Shown in pieces: positions 12,891 through 27,379 of a stretch of DNA of 64,000 nucleotides. The DNA is from Octopus vulgaris (lineage: Eukaryota), in assembly GCA_951406725.2 (NCBI GenBank), contig OX597823.1, forward strand, positions 18,166,001-18,230,000, in the 5' to 3' direction. The notes beneath the pieces were generated by a model. The model did no database searches. It saw nothing but the letters and a program-made list of their open reading frames with translations, and was not told the DNA's origin. Numbering within the stretch: the first letter of the stretch is position 1; every line of letters starts with the position of its first letter. The position numbers were made by a program, and so were the translations under genes.

Positions 12891-13574
12891 GCAGACAGGC
12901 AGGCAGAGAGAGAGAGAGAAGAGAGAGAGATATGGTAGTACTTGCAAAAATGTCGGAGTTCATTTGTTTATTTGAGCATAGTATGTATTATGCAAACATG
13001 AATTATGCATAAGGGTTGTAGCTAAATCTACAACGTCGTGCGTGCCTGGTTGACCTCGAACTTGAAAAAAGGACACCATATAACGGGCTGGTACGAAAAA
13101 GGAGAAACACAGAAAATGCTTTGTCGTGGATAATATATACAGGCATAGGAGGAAATTTATCTCTTTCCCTCTCTTTCTGTCTATATGTCACTCTCTCCCC
13201 CTTTCTCTATCTCACGCGTGCGTGTGCATGCGTGCACGTGTGTGCGCGTGAGTATCATTTACCGATGTGTATCAGCGAAAAGATATTAAGATAGTGAGAA
13301 AACAAATTAATTGGTGCTTTCGAACAAAAGCACCGTGTGATATTTCCGTTTTTTGGACAGTTTAGATTTTGAGCCGAAGCAATCTCGGTTTGGTTACTGC
13401 TCTTTCCCATCTCTTCCTTTCCCTCTTACACTGGGCAATAAAACGCGTCGTCCTCCAGCTACACGTCACTACAGCTTCTGGGAGGAAAACTGAGAGACAA
13501 CAAACACAAACGTATGATACATCGCTTGGTGTTTCATAATTATATTGAAATATCTATACATATGTAGGTGATAA

Positions 13575-13629
<55 letters not shown>

Positions 13630-13630
<1 letters not shown>

Positions 13631-14027
13631 TAGCAGTATCGCCCGGCGTTGCTCGGGTTTGTAAGGGAAATAACTATATAAGCATTTTTAGAGAGTCAAA
13701 AAATAGCCAAAAAATAGCAAAAAAATGCATTAAAAAAGGAAAAAAAATTATGGTAATTTTTTTTTTAATCGTTGACTCATTGTAGACATTTTTAGAGAGT
13801 TACTTCCCTTATATAATAGCGAAAAATGCATTAAAATGGAAACAAATGATGGTAAATTATTTTTAAAATCGTAGACTCATCGTAGACGCGCGTTAATACC
13901 CAGAAGGGTTCGATATGAATCACGACTATAAGATACCCGGTTTTGGTTAAACTGCACCGCAAAATGTGGGAGTAGTTAGGAATGTAAATCGTAGGAGACA
14001 GACACACAACTTCACTTTTATATATAA

Positions 14028-14030
<3 letters not shown>
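13630..14030 (-). mobile_element. Non-autonomous Helitron
   Basis: Minus strand A|TCTTTATATATAAAAG ... hairpin CCCGAGCAACGCCGGG, CGATACTGCTAG|T; AT target inside (TA)n, no TSD. Confidence 0.88.
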
Positions 14031-14099
<69 letters not shown>

Positions 14100-14250
14100 T
14101 ATTTATTGCCCACGGGGGTCTAAACACAGAGGGGACAAACAAGGACAAACAAAAGGCTTCAGTTGGTTACATCGACTCCAGTGCGTAACTGGAACTTAAT
14201 TCATCGATCCCGAAAGGATGAAAGGCAAAGTCGACCTCGACGGAATTTGA
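14100..14250 (-). mobile_element. Family C SINE, 5'-truncated
   Basis: Matches family C body and tail. Confidence 0.8.
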
Positions 14251-14738
14251 AAGGCGGAGGAATGGTTGTGCGGTAAGTAGCTTGCTAATAAACCACATTG
14301 TTCAGGCAGATATGAGTTCTCGTGTTTCCCGTAAGGTTAGTTTTCGTAGAAATGAGAAGAGTGTAGTTGTAATATAAAATGTCGACTCTATTTTTTATTT
14401 CTTTGAAGAAGAACAGTACTCCGAAACGTTAAAACATACGTCACAGCAATCTTTTCTTCCTGATACAAAACCATCACTAGTTTTCCGGTAAGAAATATAT
14501 TTTTCTGATTTTCTTAGTTATTTAGTTAAACAGTTACAAAATAAAGTTGCAAAAATACAAATTCGCATCTTTTTAATGTGTTTCCTTCTTTCTAATAATA
14601 CAAAATGTATTTTGATATGGTTGTTTACGGATCCGAAAACATCGAAAATTAAAATTAGTTGGAAGAACAAAAGTCAAAAAACAAACGCATCTGTTTATTT
14701 GGGGAAACACACACATATGTGTGTGCGTGTGTGTATGT

Positions 14739-15186
<448 letters not shown>

Positions 15187-15509
15187 TATATATTTACAGA
15201 AAAAAGCAATGATATAGAAATAAACGTTGACTTTGATAACTTCATGCACACAAACACGGCGGTTTAGGTTTCAAACGTTAATAAAAGTCTATCTACACAT
15301 CCGCATACACAAACGTACACCCATACAGTTATACAAATACATACTTACACACATATGCATATATATATATATATGCATCTTTGTATATTTTGGCAATAAA
15401 AAGAATAATGAAACTATTTACAAAAGTCTTGTGCTTGGAAATCTGGCATAAACAAAAATATTTCATTTTACGCAATGAAATTGATCTACATCTACATATT
15501 TATGAGTGG

Positions 15510-16123
15510 GTGTATGTATGCGTGTATGTATTACGTATTATTTATATATGTATGTATTTATTATGCATGCATGTATGTGTATGTATGTATGTATGTATGT
15601 ATGTATGTATGTATGTATGTATGTATGTATGTATGAATGTATGTATGTACCTATGTATGTATTATGTTTGTGTGTGTATGTATGCATTACGTATGTATTT
15701 ATATATATATATATATGTATTTATTATGCATGTATGTATGTGTGTATGTATGTATGCATGTGTGTATGTATCGATGTATGTATGTATTTATTATGAATGT
15801 ATGTGTGTGTATGTATGTGTATGTATGTATTATGTATTATGCATGTATGTGTGCGTATGTATGTATGTGTATGTATGTATTATGTATGTATGTGAGCGTA
15901 TGTATGTATGTATTACGCATGTATTTACATATGTATGTATTTATTATGCCTGTATGTATATATGTGTGCAGGTATGTATGTGTGTATGTATGTGCATGTG
16001 TATATGTATCATGTAAGTATGTGTGTGTGTATGTATGTATGTATGTATGTATGTATGTATGTATGTATGTATGTATGTATGTATGTATCTGTGTGTATGT
16101 ATGTATGTATGTATGTATGTATG

Positions 16124-16152
<29 letters not shown>
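15510..16152. repeat. Compound (TATG)n/(TG)n tract
   Basis: Directly visible. Confidence 0.93.
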
Positions 16153-16155
<3 letters not shown>

Positions 16156-16792
16156 CATATCTATACGCATTTACTTGCGTACATGTATTCTAAACAGTCC
16201 CTTGCTTATCTCACACCGGAAGATGATAAAGTAAGCATTTATCATTTCAGTATAAATGGCTACGCAGCCCCTGAAAAGGATAGGGAGTTAGATAAAAGGT
16301 CTAATTATTATCCTCAATTTCATAGTATGGTATGATTGCTAAATATCCCCATTCGCCGCTCTTCACTTCAGTCTGATCGGAACATTGACCTTGCAAGATC
16401 TCGTGTATTTAACGTGAACTAAAGCGGGTGGGAGAATCACTAATTCATGCGAATTGTATAGACTTTTTTGAGAGTGTATTACTTCATCCAATCAAATGTT
16501 TCGTCTTCATATGGACGTATAGTAGTATGTGTCCATCACTTTCGTATGCCCTCTGAGACCAGAAAAGTCGAACTTTTAATTACCCATTCTTTTTAACAGA
16601 AATTTACTGATTTAATCTGTGCATGGGCACTGCTTCTGAGCAATAATGTTCTATTACACTCAGGCTATTCTGATCACCTTTATGCCGGTGGCTACAGTGA
16701 CACACGGTGTTTTCAATTCCGAAGAAATACATACAGTATATGTAACTAGCGGAAAATAGTAGAATAAGTCGTCGTCAGACAAAGTGAATATT

Positions 16793-17367
16793 CTTGTCTA
16801 CTCTAGGCACAAGGCCCGAAATTTTAGGGAGTGACCAGTCGATTTTATCGACCCCAGTACGCAACTGGTACTTCTTTAATCGACCCCGAAAGGATGAAAG
16901 GCAAAGTCGATCTCGGCGGAATTTGAACTCCAAACGTAGCGGCAGACGAAATACCTATTTCTTTACTACCCACAATGATCTAAGCACAGAGGACAAACAA
17001 GAACAGACAAACGGATTAAGTCGAATATATCGACCCCAGTGTGTTACTGGTACTTATTTAATCGACCCAGAAAGGATGAAAGGCAAAGTCGACCTCGGCG
17101 GAATTTGAACTCAGAACGTAGCGGCAGACGAAATACCTATTTCTTTACTACCCACAATGAGCTAAACACAGAAGACAAACAATGATAGACAAACGGATTA
17201 AGTCGAATATATCGACCCCAGTGCGTTACTGGTACTTATTTAATCGACCCCGAAAGGATGAAAGGCAAAGTCGACCTCGGCGGAATTTGAACTCAGAACG
17301 TAGCGGCAGACGAAATACGGCTAAGCATTTCGCCCGGCGTGCTAACGATTCTGCCAGCTCGCTGCCT
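16793..17367 (-). mobile_element. Family C SINE trimer within one TSD
   Basis: One head, three bodies at ~182-bp period; TSD GACAAAGTRAATATT at 16778-16792 and 17371-17385. Confidence 0.85.
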
Positions 17368-18448
17368 TATGACAAAGTAAATATTGCTCTAGGTATCTAT
17401 TTCAGATTGTGAATTAGTAATTGAGAGACTTAACTGAATGAGTAAACTTCCAGAACATCACTGGAATATATTTATCTACCGAAAAGAGGAGTTAAAGGCA
17501 AATCTAACTTCTGTAAGATTTGAACCTCAAAAGAAACTATACGTATCTAACTAATATTTCTGCAACTGCAACGCCACACGTTATGAGTATTACTGAGTTC
17601 TAATATTGGTACAAGTTATTCCGCCTAATTTGACTTTGCCTTTCATAATTTCGGGGTCGATAAAATAAGTATCAGTTGAACGCTGGAGTTAATGTAATCG
17701 ACTTATTCTCGCCTCTGAAATTGCTTTCCTTCTGTCAAAATTTGAAACCCGTATCGGTACAAGTCCCAAATTTTCGAGCAGGGAAGGTAATTGGTAATGG
17801 AGTGAATCTCATGCCTTGATTGAGAATTTATTTTATTGACCCCCGGAACTGATGTTAAGCGTAGCTAGGTAATGTTTGCTGTCGCAACACCACTCGTTAT
17901 GAGTAATATTGTTTTCTAAAATTAGCACAAACACCATATTTTCTTGACGGAGAGATACAGCGGAAAACAATCCAATTAGTTGACTGGGTAGGAGATACTT
18001 TATCGAACTCCGTAGGACGTAATGTGAAGTTGATCCAGATGGCATTCGAACTCAGAACACGAAGAGATGCTGCTAAACACCACGAGGACGTTGTGTCTGG
18101 AAGGTATTTAGTTCGGCATTCTACTGTTTATCTGTCATTCCACCCGCCCAGTTACTATAAATAGTAAGTAGACGAGGAAAGAAAATATAAGATACGGAAA
18201 GGAAATGCCTGTTTTAGAAGAAATAAATATCTGGGTTTTATCTGACTGCCAACTAAGCGAGTTTTCTGAATGAGAGGGTAACACCCATCCAGTTATGTAA
18301 GCGTAGGATAATAAATGTAGCTGAAAGGCAATGAAGATGACAAATTCTATCTACGTAGCAGACGACTTATTTCCTTCTACACTTTATATTATGTACAGTC
18401 TTATTAAAAATTCGTAAAAAAATTTGACGGGGTGGAGGAGGCTTTCAA

Positions 18449-18612
18449 ATACATACATACATACATACATACATACATACACACATACATACATACACAC
18501 ACATACACACATATATACATACATACATACATACACACACACACATACATACATACATATACACACACACATACACACACATACATACATACATACACAC
18601 ACATACACACAT

Positions 18613-18643
<31 letters not shown>

Positions 18644-18800
18644 TACATACATACATACATACATACATACACACACACATACATACATACATACATACAT
18701 ACATACACACATACATACATACATACATACATACATACATACGTACGTACGTACGTACGTACATGAATACATATACATACATACATACACATACACATGT
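18449..18800. repeat. (CATA)n/(CA)n tract
   Basis: Directly visible. Confidence 0.95.
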
Positions 18801-19254
18801 ACATTCATAAGTGTTTATTTATGTTTGTGTGTGCATGTTTGCAGTTTTGTTTGTTTGTATATATACATATACATATATATGTATACATACATACTTACAC
18901 ATTCACACACACACACACACACACACACGTACGTACGCACGCACACACACGCGTACACACATGCATACACACACACATGTATATATGGACACATTTCTGT
19001 GTTTGCAAATGGCCGAGCGCACCCAGATCTGTCACCGTTGTTCGCCATTACGGAACACTCTTATTACACGTAGCAGACTAATTTATTATTAGCGTGCGTT
19101 CAATAATAAGGACTTCTTGCATTTTCTCGATTGCCTTGGGCGTCCTGCTCGATGAAATATAACACACGTCGATGGGCTGGCTCCAGACACCGTGCAACAA
19201 ACACACCGTTTCTCAGCCTAACTGAGAAATGCATTATGCTCTCTGACATGTTGA

Positions 19255-19587
19255 CCCCCTTCGGTCACGACACTGACCATGGGATTGCACCTAGAAAGTT
19301 ACCCTCCCAGGCACAAGTCCGTGCAAGATGGTTTATGAAAGACCAGCAGTCGCCCATGCATACCAGCCTCCCTCTCCACGCCACCAGTGTTATCCAAGGG
19401 AAAGGCAAAGGGGCCGATACAGCTTGGCACCTGTGACGTCGCAACTCATTTTTACAGCTGAATGAACTGGAGCAACGTGAAATAAAGTGTCTTGCTCAAG
19501 AACACAACACGCAGCCTGGTCCGGGATTCGAGCTCACACCCTCACGATCGTAAGCTCGACGCTCTAACCACTGAGCCATGTGCCTTC
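19255..19587 (-). mobile_element. SINE family D (tRNA head, CORE-like centre)
   Basis: GGCACATGGCTCAGTGGTTAGAGCG head; TGTGTTCTTGAGCAAGACACTTTATTTCACGTTGCTCCAG CORE-like segment; second copy at 36640-36882. Confidence 0.8.
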
Positions 19588-21901
19588 TCCGACATGTACT
19601 GCTTTATCGTGTAGAAAACGGTGTGTGAGGCGAAACACGTACTTTCTAAACCGTTCAGTGTGTTTTTGGATTATAGGGAATTCTGTTCATTTTCAGAGCG
19701 CAAGCGGGAAAAGCGGATACGGTTTGGCTACGACAGTTTATATTTTAATTCCTATTTTCGGTGAAGACTGACCCTCCTCATCATACAAAATACTTCAATG
19801 TTCATCAATAACTGACACCTAACAAAGTTCAATAAAGTATTGTTCCTACAATGGATTATTGCTCCCACATCTAGGACAGTACTAACTGTAAATGCTGACA
19901 ACCTAGACCGCATTCAGATAAATTCCACCTTCCAGTCTCTGAACAACGGGCGTGCCCTCTCTTGCCATTGTCTGTTCCTTCAAGTTGGCTCTTTTGTTCT
20001 TCCTCCATTCGTGCATTCGCGACCCAGTCCCCGTTTTCATCTTTGTTGCGTCCAACCCCACCCAGGAACCACACTAACCACTACGACCATTCCCTCCACT
20101 CCAGAACCTCGGTCCTTCAGAGTCTGTTCCCTGCTCGTGTTCTGCTTACATGTGTCGACTTGCAACAATTTAAACGGAGCATTAAAAGCATCAGTCAAAG
20201 AATCAATATCACCGGTCTCTGTGGATTTGCAAATCTCATGGGTACCAGAGCCAGGAAGTAAAAAGTAACAATCAAAATGAAAAACAATTATTGGTGTACC
20301 ATAATGTTACAAACACAGAATTCGCTACCATGTGGTTTACAGAACTTGAATATGTGCACGAGTGGGTTGCATCTGTAGCCGCGTAGAAGCTTGTGTCATT
20401 TATCAGAAAATTTATTTACATTTCAACACAGTACGGCAATTGTAAACAAATTGACGATAATGTTTGCTACTCTAAACAGAAATCAACAGAAAGACAATGG
20501 TAAACTAGTGTCAGTTTTCAAACGGAACAGACTTACTCGGGATCAAGTATGGGTTGTCACATGCACCATGCTTTTTTGCTAATTGTTTTAAGTGCCTATG
20601 TTGTCGTGGTCATACATAGACACCCACTTGATCCTTCATCTTTCACCCAGCGGAGAAAGAAGGAGTCTATTCCAGCAGTTGACTGGTATCCATTTACAGC
20701 TGTTGAGTTGACTAGATCAATGCAAAGTGAAGTGTCTTTCTCGAGAGTGCAATGCGACCAGAAATCTTACGACCGTGAACTAAACACGCCGAGCGACTAA
20801 ACAACGCACCTTCACAATTAAAAATAATACAAAATAAGTGAACGTGTTTATATCGCGAGCAAGTAATACCTGAACCGTTATTATTCAGCGAATAGTTTTA
20901 TGAGCTGAACTGTCGTTGCGTTTGAGAGAAAGCTGCTCTTTCGACTTGGTAGCTACGCTAGCGTTGATTCGTTCTAAACGAGATGGTTATCATTGAGATC
21001 ATGTTTAGAACAACATTTGAAATTGTTGGGTATCAACACATAGACGGTAACCGGTTGGGAAAACGGTATGAATTTTGAAAAGAACCCAACGGTAACGGTC
21101 TGTTGTAGTCTGGTCGTAGTAATACCAGTAAAGTTAGATGACCATCGAAATGGAAAGGATGATGTCTCTCACAGCCCTGAAAATGGTCTGCTGAAAACGA
21201 AACAATTCTTGTTTGTTAACTAGAACGCCTGTGTTATTTATTGGCTGAAATGTCTCAGCAGTTATTTGTAACTAGCTGTGTAATTTTCGGCGCCAAAACA
21301 AGGAACACGAAAACTGCGATGGTTGACTGGTCAAAAAAAATCACTTAGTGAGTGTAGTCCATCTGCAAAAGCGACCTGTACCAAAGGGAAATCTGAATGA
21401 CTGAAAATAACTAAGACAGAAAAATAATAGTGGTGTAACATGTTCTCTATTCTGTGTGTAGCCTATAATCTGAAGATAAACGACGATCACGAATACAGTA
21501 CAAACACAATAAAATGCAGAGTCACATTCTTTGTTTGCAGTGCAGATTTAACATATTCTCGGCAACGTGAGTGGCATTATATCCATGGAAATATTTCTCT
21601 TGTGTCTTGGAGATAAGCACCAAGCGATGGTACTAAAGCTATGGTCATTAAAATATTTTGAAATACACAAAGATTAAAAGAATATACACGATATAGAAGT
21701 TGTTAGAAAATTTCAAAGACATTCGCGACGAAAATTTCTCTCAAAGAAACTTTGCCTTGCTTTACTTTTTATTTTTTCCTTTTTTTTACGTTCACTTTCT
21801 TTTTATCTAATGTAAATATATTCTTCAGAATTTAGAACCATCTACAAAAAATTTCTAAAATAAGAATTCTAAAATAAAATGAAATATCAATAAATAAAGA
21901 A

Positions 21902-21935
<34 letters not shown>

Positions 21936-22109
21936 CAGAAAATATATGGAATAAATAAAGCTAAGCATTTCCTAAAATATTAAAATAGCTTCCTTCTGTA
22001 AACACCATTTTCCTCCGGATCTAACATTAGTCATCGCTTTGATGTATATGTGTGTGTGTGTTTACATGCATACATGCACACACGTATGTGTACACATGTC
22101 TATGTATGT

Positions 22110-22140
<31 letters not shown>

Positions 22141-22146
22141 TACACA

Positions 22147-22189
<43 letters not shown>

Positions 22190-22339
22190 ATACTTCAGTT
22201 GCTTGTCCATAAGTCACGAAAATTCACGCTCTAAAAGAGAAATAGAACGGTTTATAGATGTATATCGTGAAGCTGTATATTTTTTGCTATGGCATATATC
22301 TGGCCAGAATATTACCGAGGCGTTCGCGCTGACTGTAGG

Positions 22340-22689
22340 AGCACTCCGTCGGTCACGACGACGAGGGTTCCGGTTGATCCGATCAACGGAACAGCCTGCT
22401 CGTGAAATTAACGTGTAAGTGGCTGAGCACTCCACAGACACGTGTACCCTTAACGTAGTTCTCGGGGATATTCAGCGTGACACAGAGAGTGACAAGGCCG
22501 GCCCTTTGAAATACAGCTACAACAGAAACAGGAAGTAAGCGTGAGAGAAAGTTGTGGTGAAAGAGTACTCGTGGAGCTTTTAGGTGTTTTCGCTCAATAA
22601 ACACTCACAACGCCCGGTCTGGGAATCGAAACCGCGATCCTACGACCGCGAGTCCGCTGCCCTAACCACTGGGCCATTGCGCCTCCACT
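22340..22689 (-). mobile_element. Family B SINE (tail B1)
   Basis: Family match; TSD TTCGCGCTGACT at 22323-22334 and 22690-22701. Confidence 0.9.
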
Positions 22690-23430
22690 TTCGCGCTGAC
22701 TATTGCACTAGGGAATATTGGTTTCATAACTGAAATGCCTTTGATCATAAATCTGCTCGGTGGTTACTTACCCGTGGCTAAACAGCAAAGAATCTCTTCT
22801 CAGTGCTCTCCTATTGCTTGCAGTAGGGAACTATACCATCTTGTATACTTACTGAGAGTTAAATAGACTCATCCATGAGACTTACAGCACCCTACACTCT
22901 GATGCTTACGGCTCGGTAAAGTGGGCTGCAGATGGTTATGTCACATGTCTGAAACATGGACACAACGAAGTTCGTGCGACATATCACTTGTCCCTAGGCT
23001 TCTCGTCTCATACACAATCGTATCTCAATATCATTTCGACAAAATAAACACCAGTAATTCATTTCACAACGTCTATTCCAAATAAATCATTACTATTAAT
23101 GTAGGGTTATTCAATTAACTTAATTCCATATATTGTTGTTTCTATTGTGTAACCCTTGGTCAAACCTGATTGAGCAGATGTATGATTAAACAGATACATA
23201 CCCTGAGGAGGACTCTTCTTCAGGTTATGTAACCAGTCTTTCCTTGTGAAAACAGTATGATGTGATTTTAGTGAAACATAGCTACTACATGCTAAAAATC
23301 GAGATTCTGCGTAGAGATACCCTACTTGGCCTGTATATATACCCTACAGACTCTAAATGACAGCATAAGATGGTTAAAAAAGCAATAGATAAATTCCACT
23401 TGGTAGTCAGATAGTCAAGTGTATAGGGTA

Positions 23431-26400
23431 GTAGACCACTACTTGAGCAGTCACTAGGTCATATCCTGTCACAAGCACTAGACTGTGATTCTGGCTATGT
23501 CTAGACCGCTAGCTGAGCTATCATTAGGTCGTATCCTGTCACAAGCCCTAGACTGTGCTTCTGGCTATGACTAGACAACTACCTGAGCTATAACTAGGTC
23601 GTATCCTGTTACAAGCCCTAGACTGTGATTCTGGCTATGACTAGACCGCTAGCTGAGCTATCACTAGATCGTATCCTGTCACAAGCCCTAGACTATGCTT
23701 CTGGCTATGACTAGACCACTACCTGAGCTGTCACTAAGTCGTATCCTGTCACAAGCGCTAGACTGTGATTCTGGCTATGACTAGACCGCTACCTGAGCAG
23801 TCACTAAGTCGTATCCTGTCACAAGCCCTAGACTGTGCTTCTGGCTATGACTAGACCGCTACCTGAGCGGTCACTAAGTCGTGTCCTGTCACAAGCCCTA
23901 GACTGTAACTCTGGCTATGACTAGACCACTACCTGAGCTGTCACTAGGTCGTATCCTGTTACGATCCCTAGACTGTACTTCTGGCTATGACTAGACCACT
24001 ACCTGAGCAGTCACTAGGACGTATCCTTTCACAAGCCCTAGACTGTAACTCTGGCTATGACTAGACCACTACCTGAGCTGTCACTAGGTCGTATCCTGTT
24101 ACGATCCCTGGACTGTACTTCTGGCTATGACTAGACCACTACCTGAGCTGTCACTAGGTCGTATCCTGTCACAAGCCCTAGACTTTGCTTCTGGCTATGA
24201 CTAGACCACTACCTGAGCTGTCACTAGGTCGTATCCTGTTACGATCCCTAGACTGTACTTCTGGCTATGACTAGACCACTACCTGAGCAGTCACTAGAAC
24301 GTATCCTGTCACAAGCCCTAGACTGTAACTCTGGCTATGACTAGACCACTACCTGAGCTGTCACTAGGTCGTATCCTGTTACGATCCCTAGACTGTACTT
24401 CTGGCTATGACTAGACCACTAACTGAGCTGTCACTAGGTCGTATCCTGTCACAAGCACTAGACTGTACTTCTGGTTATGACTAGACCACTACCTGAGCTG
24501 TCACTAGGTCGTATCCAATCACAAGCCCTAGACTGTACTTCTGGCTATGACTAGACCACTACCTGAGCTGTCACTAGGTCGTATCCTGTCACAAGCACTA
24601 GACTGTACTTCTGGTTATGACTAGACCACTACCTGAGCTGTCACTAAGTCGTATCCTGTTACAATCCCTAGACTGTACTTCTGGCTATGACTAGACCACT
24701 ACCTGAGCTGTCACTAGGTCGTATCCTGTCACAAGCACTAGACTGTACTTCTGGTTATGACTAGACCACTACCTGAGCAGTCACTAGGTCGTATCCAATC
24801 ACAAGCCCTAGACTGTGCTTCTGGTTATGACTAGACCACTACCTGAGCTGTCACTAGGTCGTATCCTGTTATAATCCCTAGACTGTACTTCTGGCTATGA
24901 CTAGACCACTACCTGAGCTGTCACTAGGTCGTATCCTGTTACAATCCCTAGAGTGTACTTCTGGCTATGACTAGACCACTACCTGAGCTGTCACTAGGTC
25001 GTATCCTGTTACAATCCCTAGACTGTACTTCTGGCTATGACTAGACCCCTACCTGAGCAGTCGCTAGGTCGGATCCTGTCACAAGCCCTAGACTGTGCTT
25101 CTGGCTATGACTAGACCACTACCTGGGCAGTCACTAGGTCATATCCTGTCACAAGCCCTAGACTGTGCTTCTGGCTATGACTAGACCACTACCTGAGCAG
25201 TCACTAGGGCGTATCCTGTCACAAGCCCTAGACTGTGCTTCTGGTTATGACTAGACCACTAACTGAGCAGTCACTGGGGCGTATCCTGTCACAAACCCTA
25301 GACTGTGCTTCTGGTTATGACTAGACCACTACCTGAGCAGTCACTAGGTCGTATCCTGTCACAAACCCTAGACTGTGCTTCTGGTTATGACTAGACCACT
25401 ACCTGAGCAGTCACTGGGTCGTATCCTGTCACAAACCCTAGACTGTGCTTCTGGTTATGACTAGACCACTACCTGAGCAGTCACTAGGTCGTATCCTGTC
25501 ACAAACCCTAGACTGTGCTTCTGGTTATGACTAGACCACTACCTGAGCAGTCACTGGGTCGTATCCTGTCACAAACCCTAGACTGTGCTTCTGGTTATGA
25601 CTAGACCACTACCTGAGCAGTCACTAGGTCGTATCCTGTCACAAACCCTAGACTGTGCTTCTGGTTATGACTAGACCACTACCTGAGCAGTCACTAGGTC
25701 GTATCCTGTCACAAACCCTAGACTGTGCTTCTGGTTATGACTAGACCACTACCTGAGCAGTCACTAGGTCGTATCCTGTCACAAACCCTAGACTGTGCTT
25801 CTGGCTATGACTAGACCACTACCTGAGCAGTCACTAGGTCGTATCCTGTCACAAGCCCTAGACTGTGCTTCTGGCTATGACTAGACCACTACCTGAGCTG
25901 TCACTAGGTCGTATTCTGTTACAATCCCTAGACTGTGCTTCTGGTTATGACTAGACCACTACCTGAGCAGTCACTAGGTCGTATCCTGTCACAATCCCTA
26001 GACTGTGCTTCTGGTTATGACTAGACCACTACCTGAGCAGTCACTAGGTCGTATCCTGTCACAAACCCTAGACTGTGCTTCTGGTTATGACTAGACCACT
26101 ACCTGAGCTGTCACTAGGTCGTATCCTGTTACAATCCCTAGACTGTGCTTCTGGTTATGACTAGACCACTACCTGAGCAGTCACTAGGTCGTATCCTGTC
26201 ACAAGCCCTAGACTGTGCTTCTGGTTATGACTAGACCACTACCTGAGCTGTCACTAGGTCGTATCCTGTCACAAACCCTAGACTGTGCTTCTGGTTATGA
26301 CTAGACCACTACCTGAGCAGTCACTAGGTCGTATCCTGTCACAAACCCTAGACTGTGCTTCTGGTTATGACTAGACCACTACCTGAGCAGTCACTAGGTC

Positions 26401-27002
26401 GTATCCTGTCACAAGCCCTAGACTGTGCTTCTGGCTATGACTGGACCACTACCTGAGCAGTCACTAGGTCGTATCCTGTCACAAGCACTAAACTGTAATT
26501 CTGGCTATGACTAGACCACTACCTGAGCAGTCACTAGTTCGTATCCTGTCACAAACCCTAGACTGTACTTCTGGCTATGACTAGACCACTACTTGAGCTG
26601 TCACTAGTTCGTATCCTGTCACAATCCCTAGACTGTCCTTCTGGCTATGACTAGACCACTACCTGAGCAGCCACTAGTTCGTATCCTGTCACAAACCCTA
26701 GACTGTACTTCTGGCTATGACTAGACCACTACTTGAGCTGTCACTAGTTCGTATCCTGTCACAATCCATAGACTGTGCATCTGGCTATGACTATACCACT
26801 ACCTGAGCTGTCACTAGGTCGTATACTGTCACAAGCACTAAACTGTAATTCTGGCTATGACTAGACCACTACCTGAGCAGTCACTAGGTCGTATCCTGTC
26901 ACAATCCCTAGACTGTACTTCTGGCTATGACTAGACCACTACCTGAGCTGTCACTATGTCGTATCCTGTCACAATCCCTAGACTGTGCTTCTGGCTATGA
27001 CT
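23431..27002. repeat. Tandem array, 51 x 70 bp
   Basis: Consensus CTAGACCACTACCTGAGCWGTCACTAGGTCGTATCCTGTCACAAGCCCTAGACTGTGCTTCTGGCTATGA; register kept without indels over 3570 bp; non-coding. Confidence 0.97.
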
Positions 27003-27379
27003 CTTATCTCTCAGCAACTTCTTCCACATCACTATGGATAGGTGTCACATGGATGTACAATCCATAGCTGTAAACATCAGGAACAGCATAGTAACACTTA
27101 TGTGTTGCTTGAGGTTTGCAGTGCTGAGTTTATTATTTCCTGCGGGAAATGACGGGAAAAGTTACTTGAAGTAGTGTGACTTTCAATCCTAACGATATTT
27201 GTCTCACATTAGTTTAAAGTTACAGAAAATCTGGAGACAATTATTAGACGTACGGAAACAGAGGTCCTTCACCGGTAGTGCATGGTATTGATATTTGATA
27301 ACAACGCTGACATCTATTAACATACAGAGCTCTATCTGATGACAGAATGTTGAAAGCTGCGATATAACGTTCACGTTAA

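Noticed and set aside
19840-20268. 142-aa non-repetitive ORF, possible exon or env-like relic
   Set aside because: Non-ATG start and no motif I can recognise; needs a BLASTX/HHpred search
23431-27002. CRISPR array or coding repeat
   Set aside because: No unique spacers and no cas genes; the unit length is not a multiple of 3 and the ORF track is empty here
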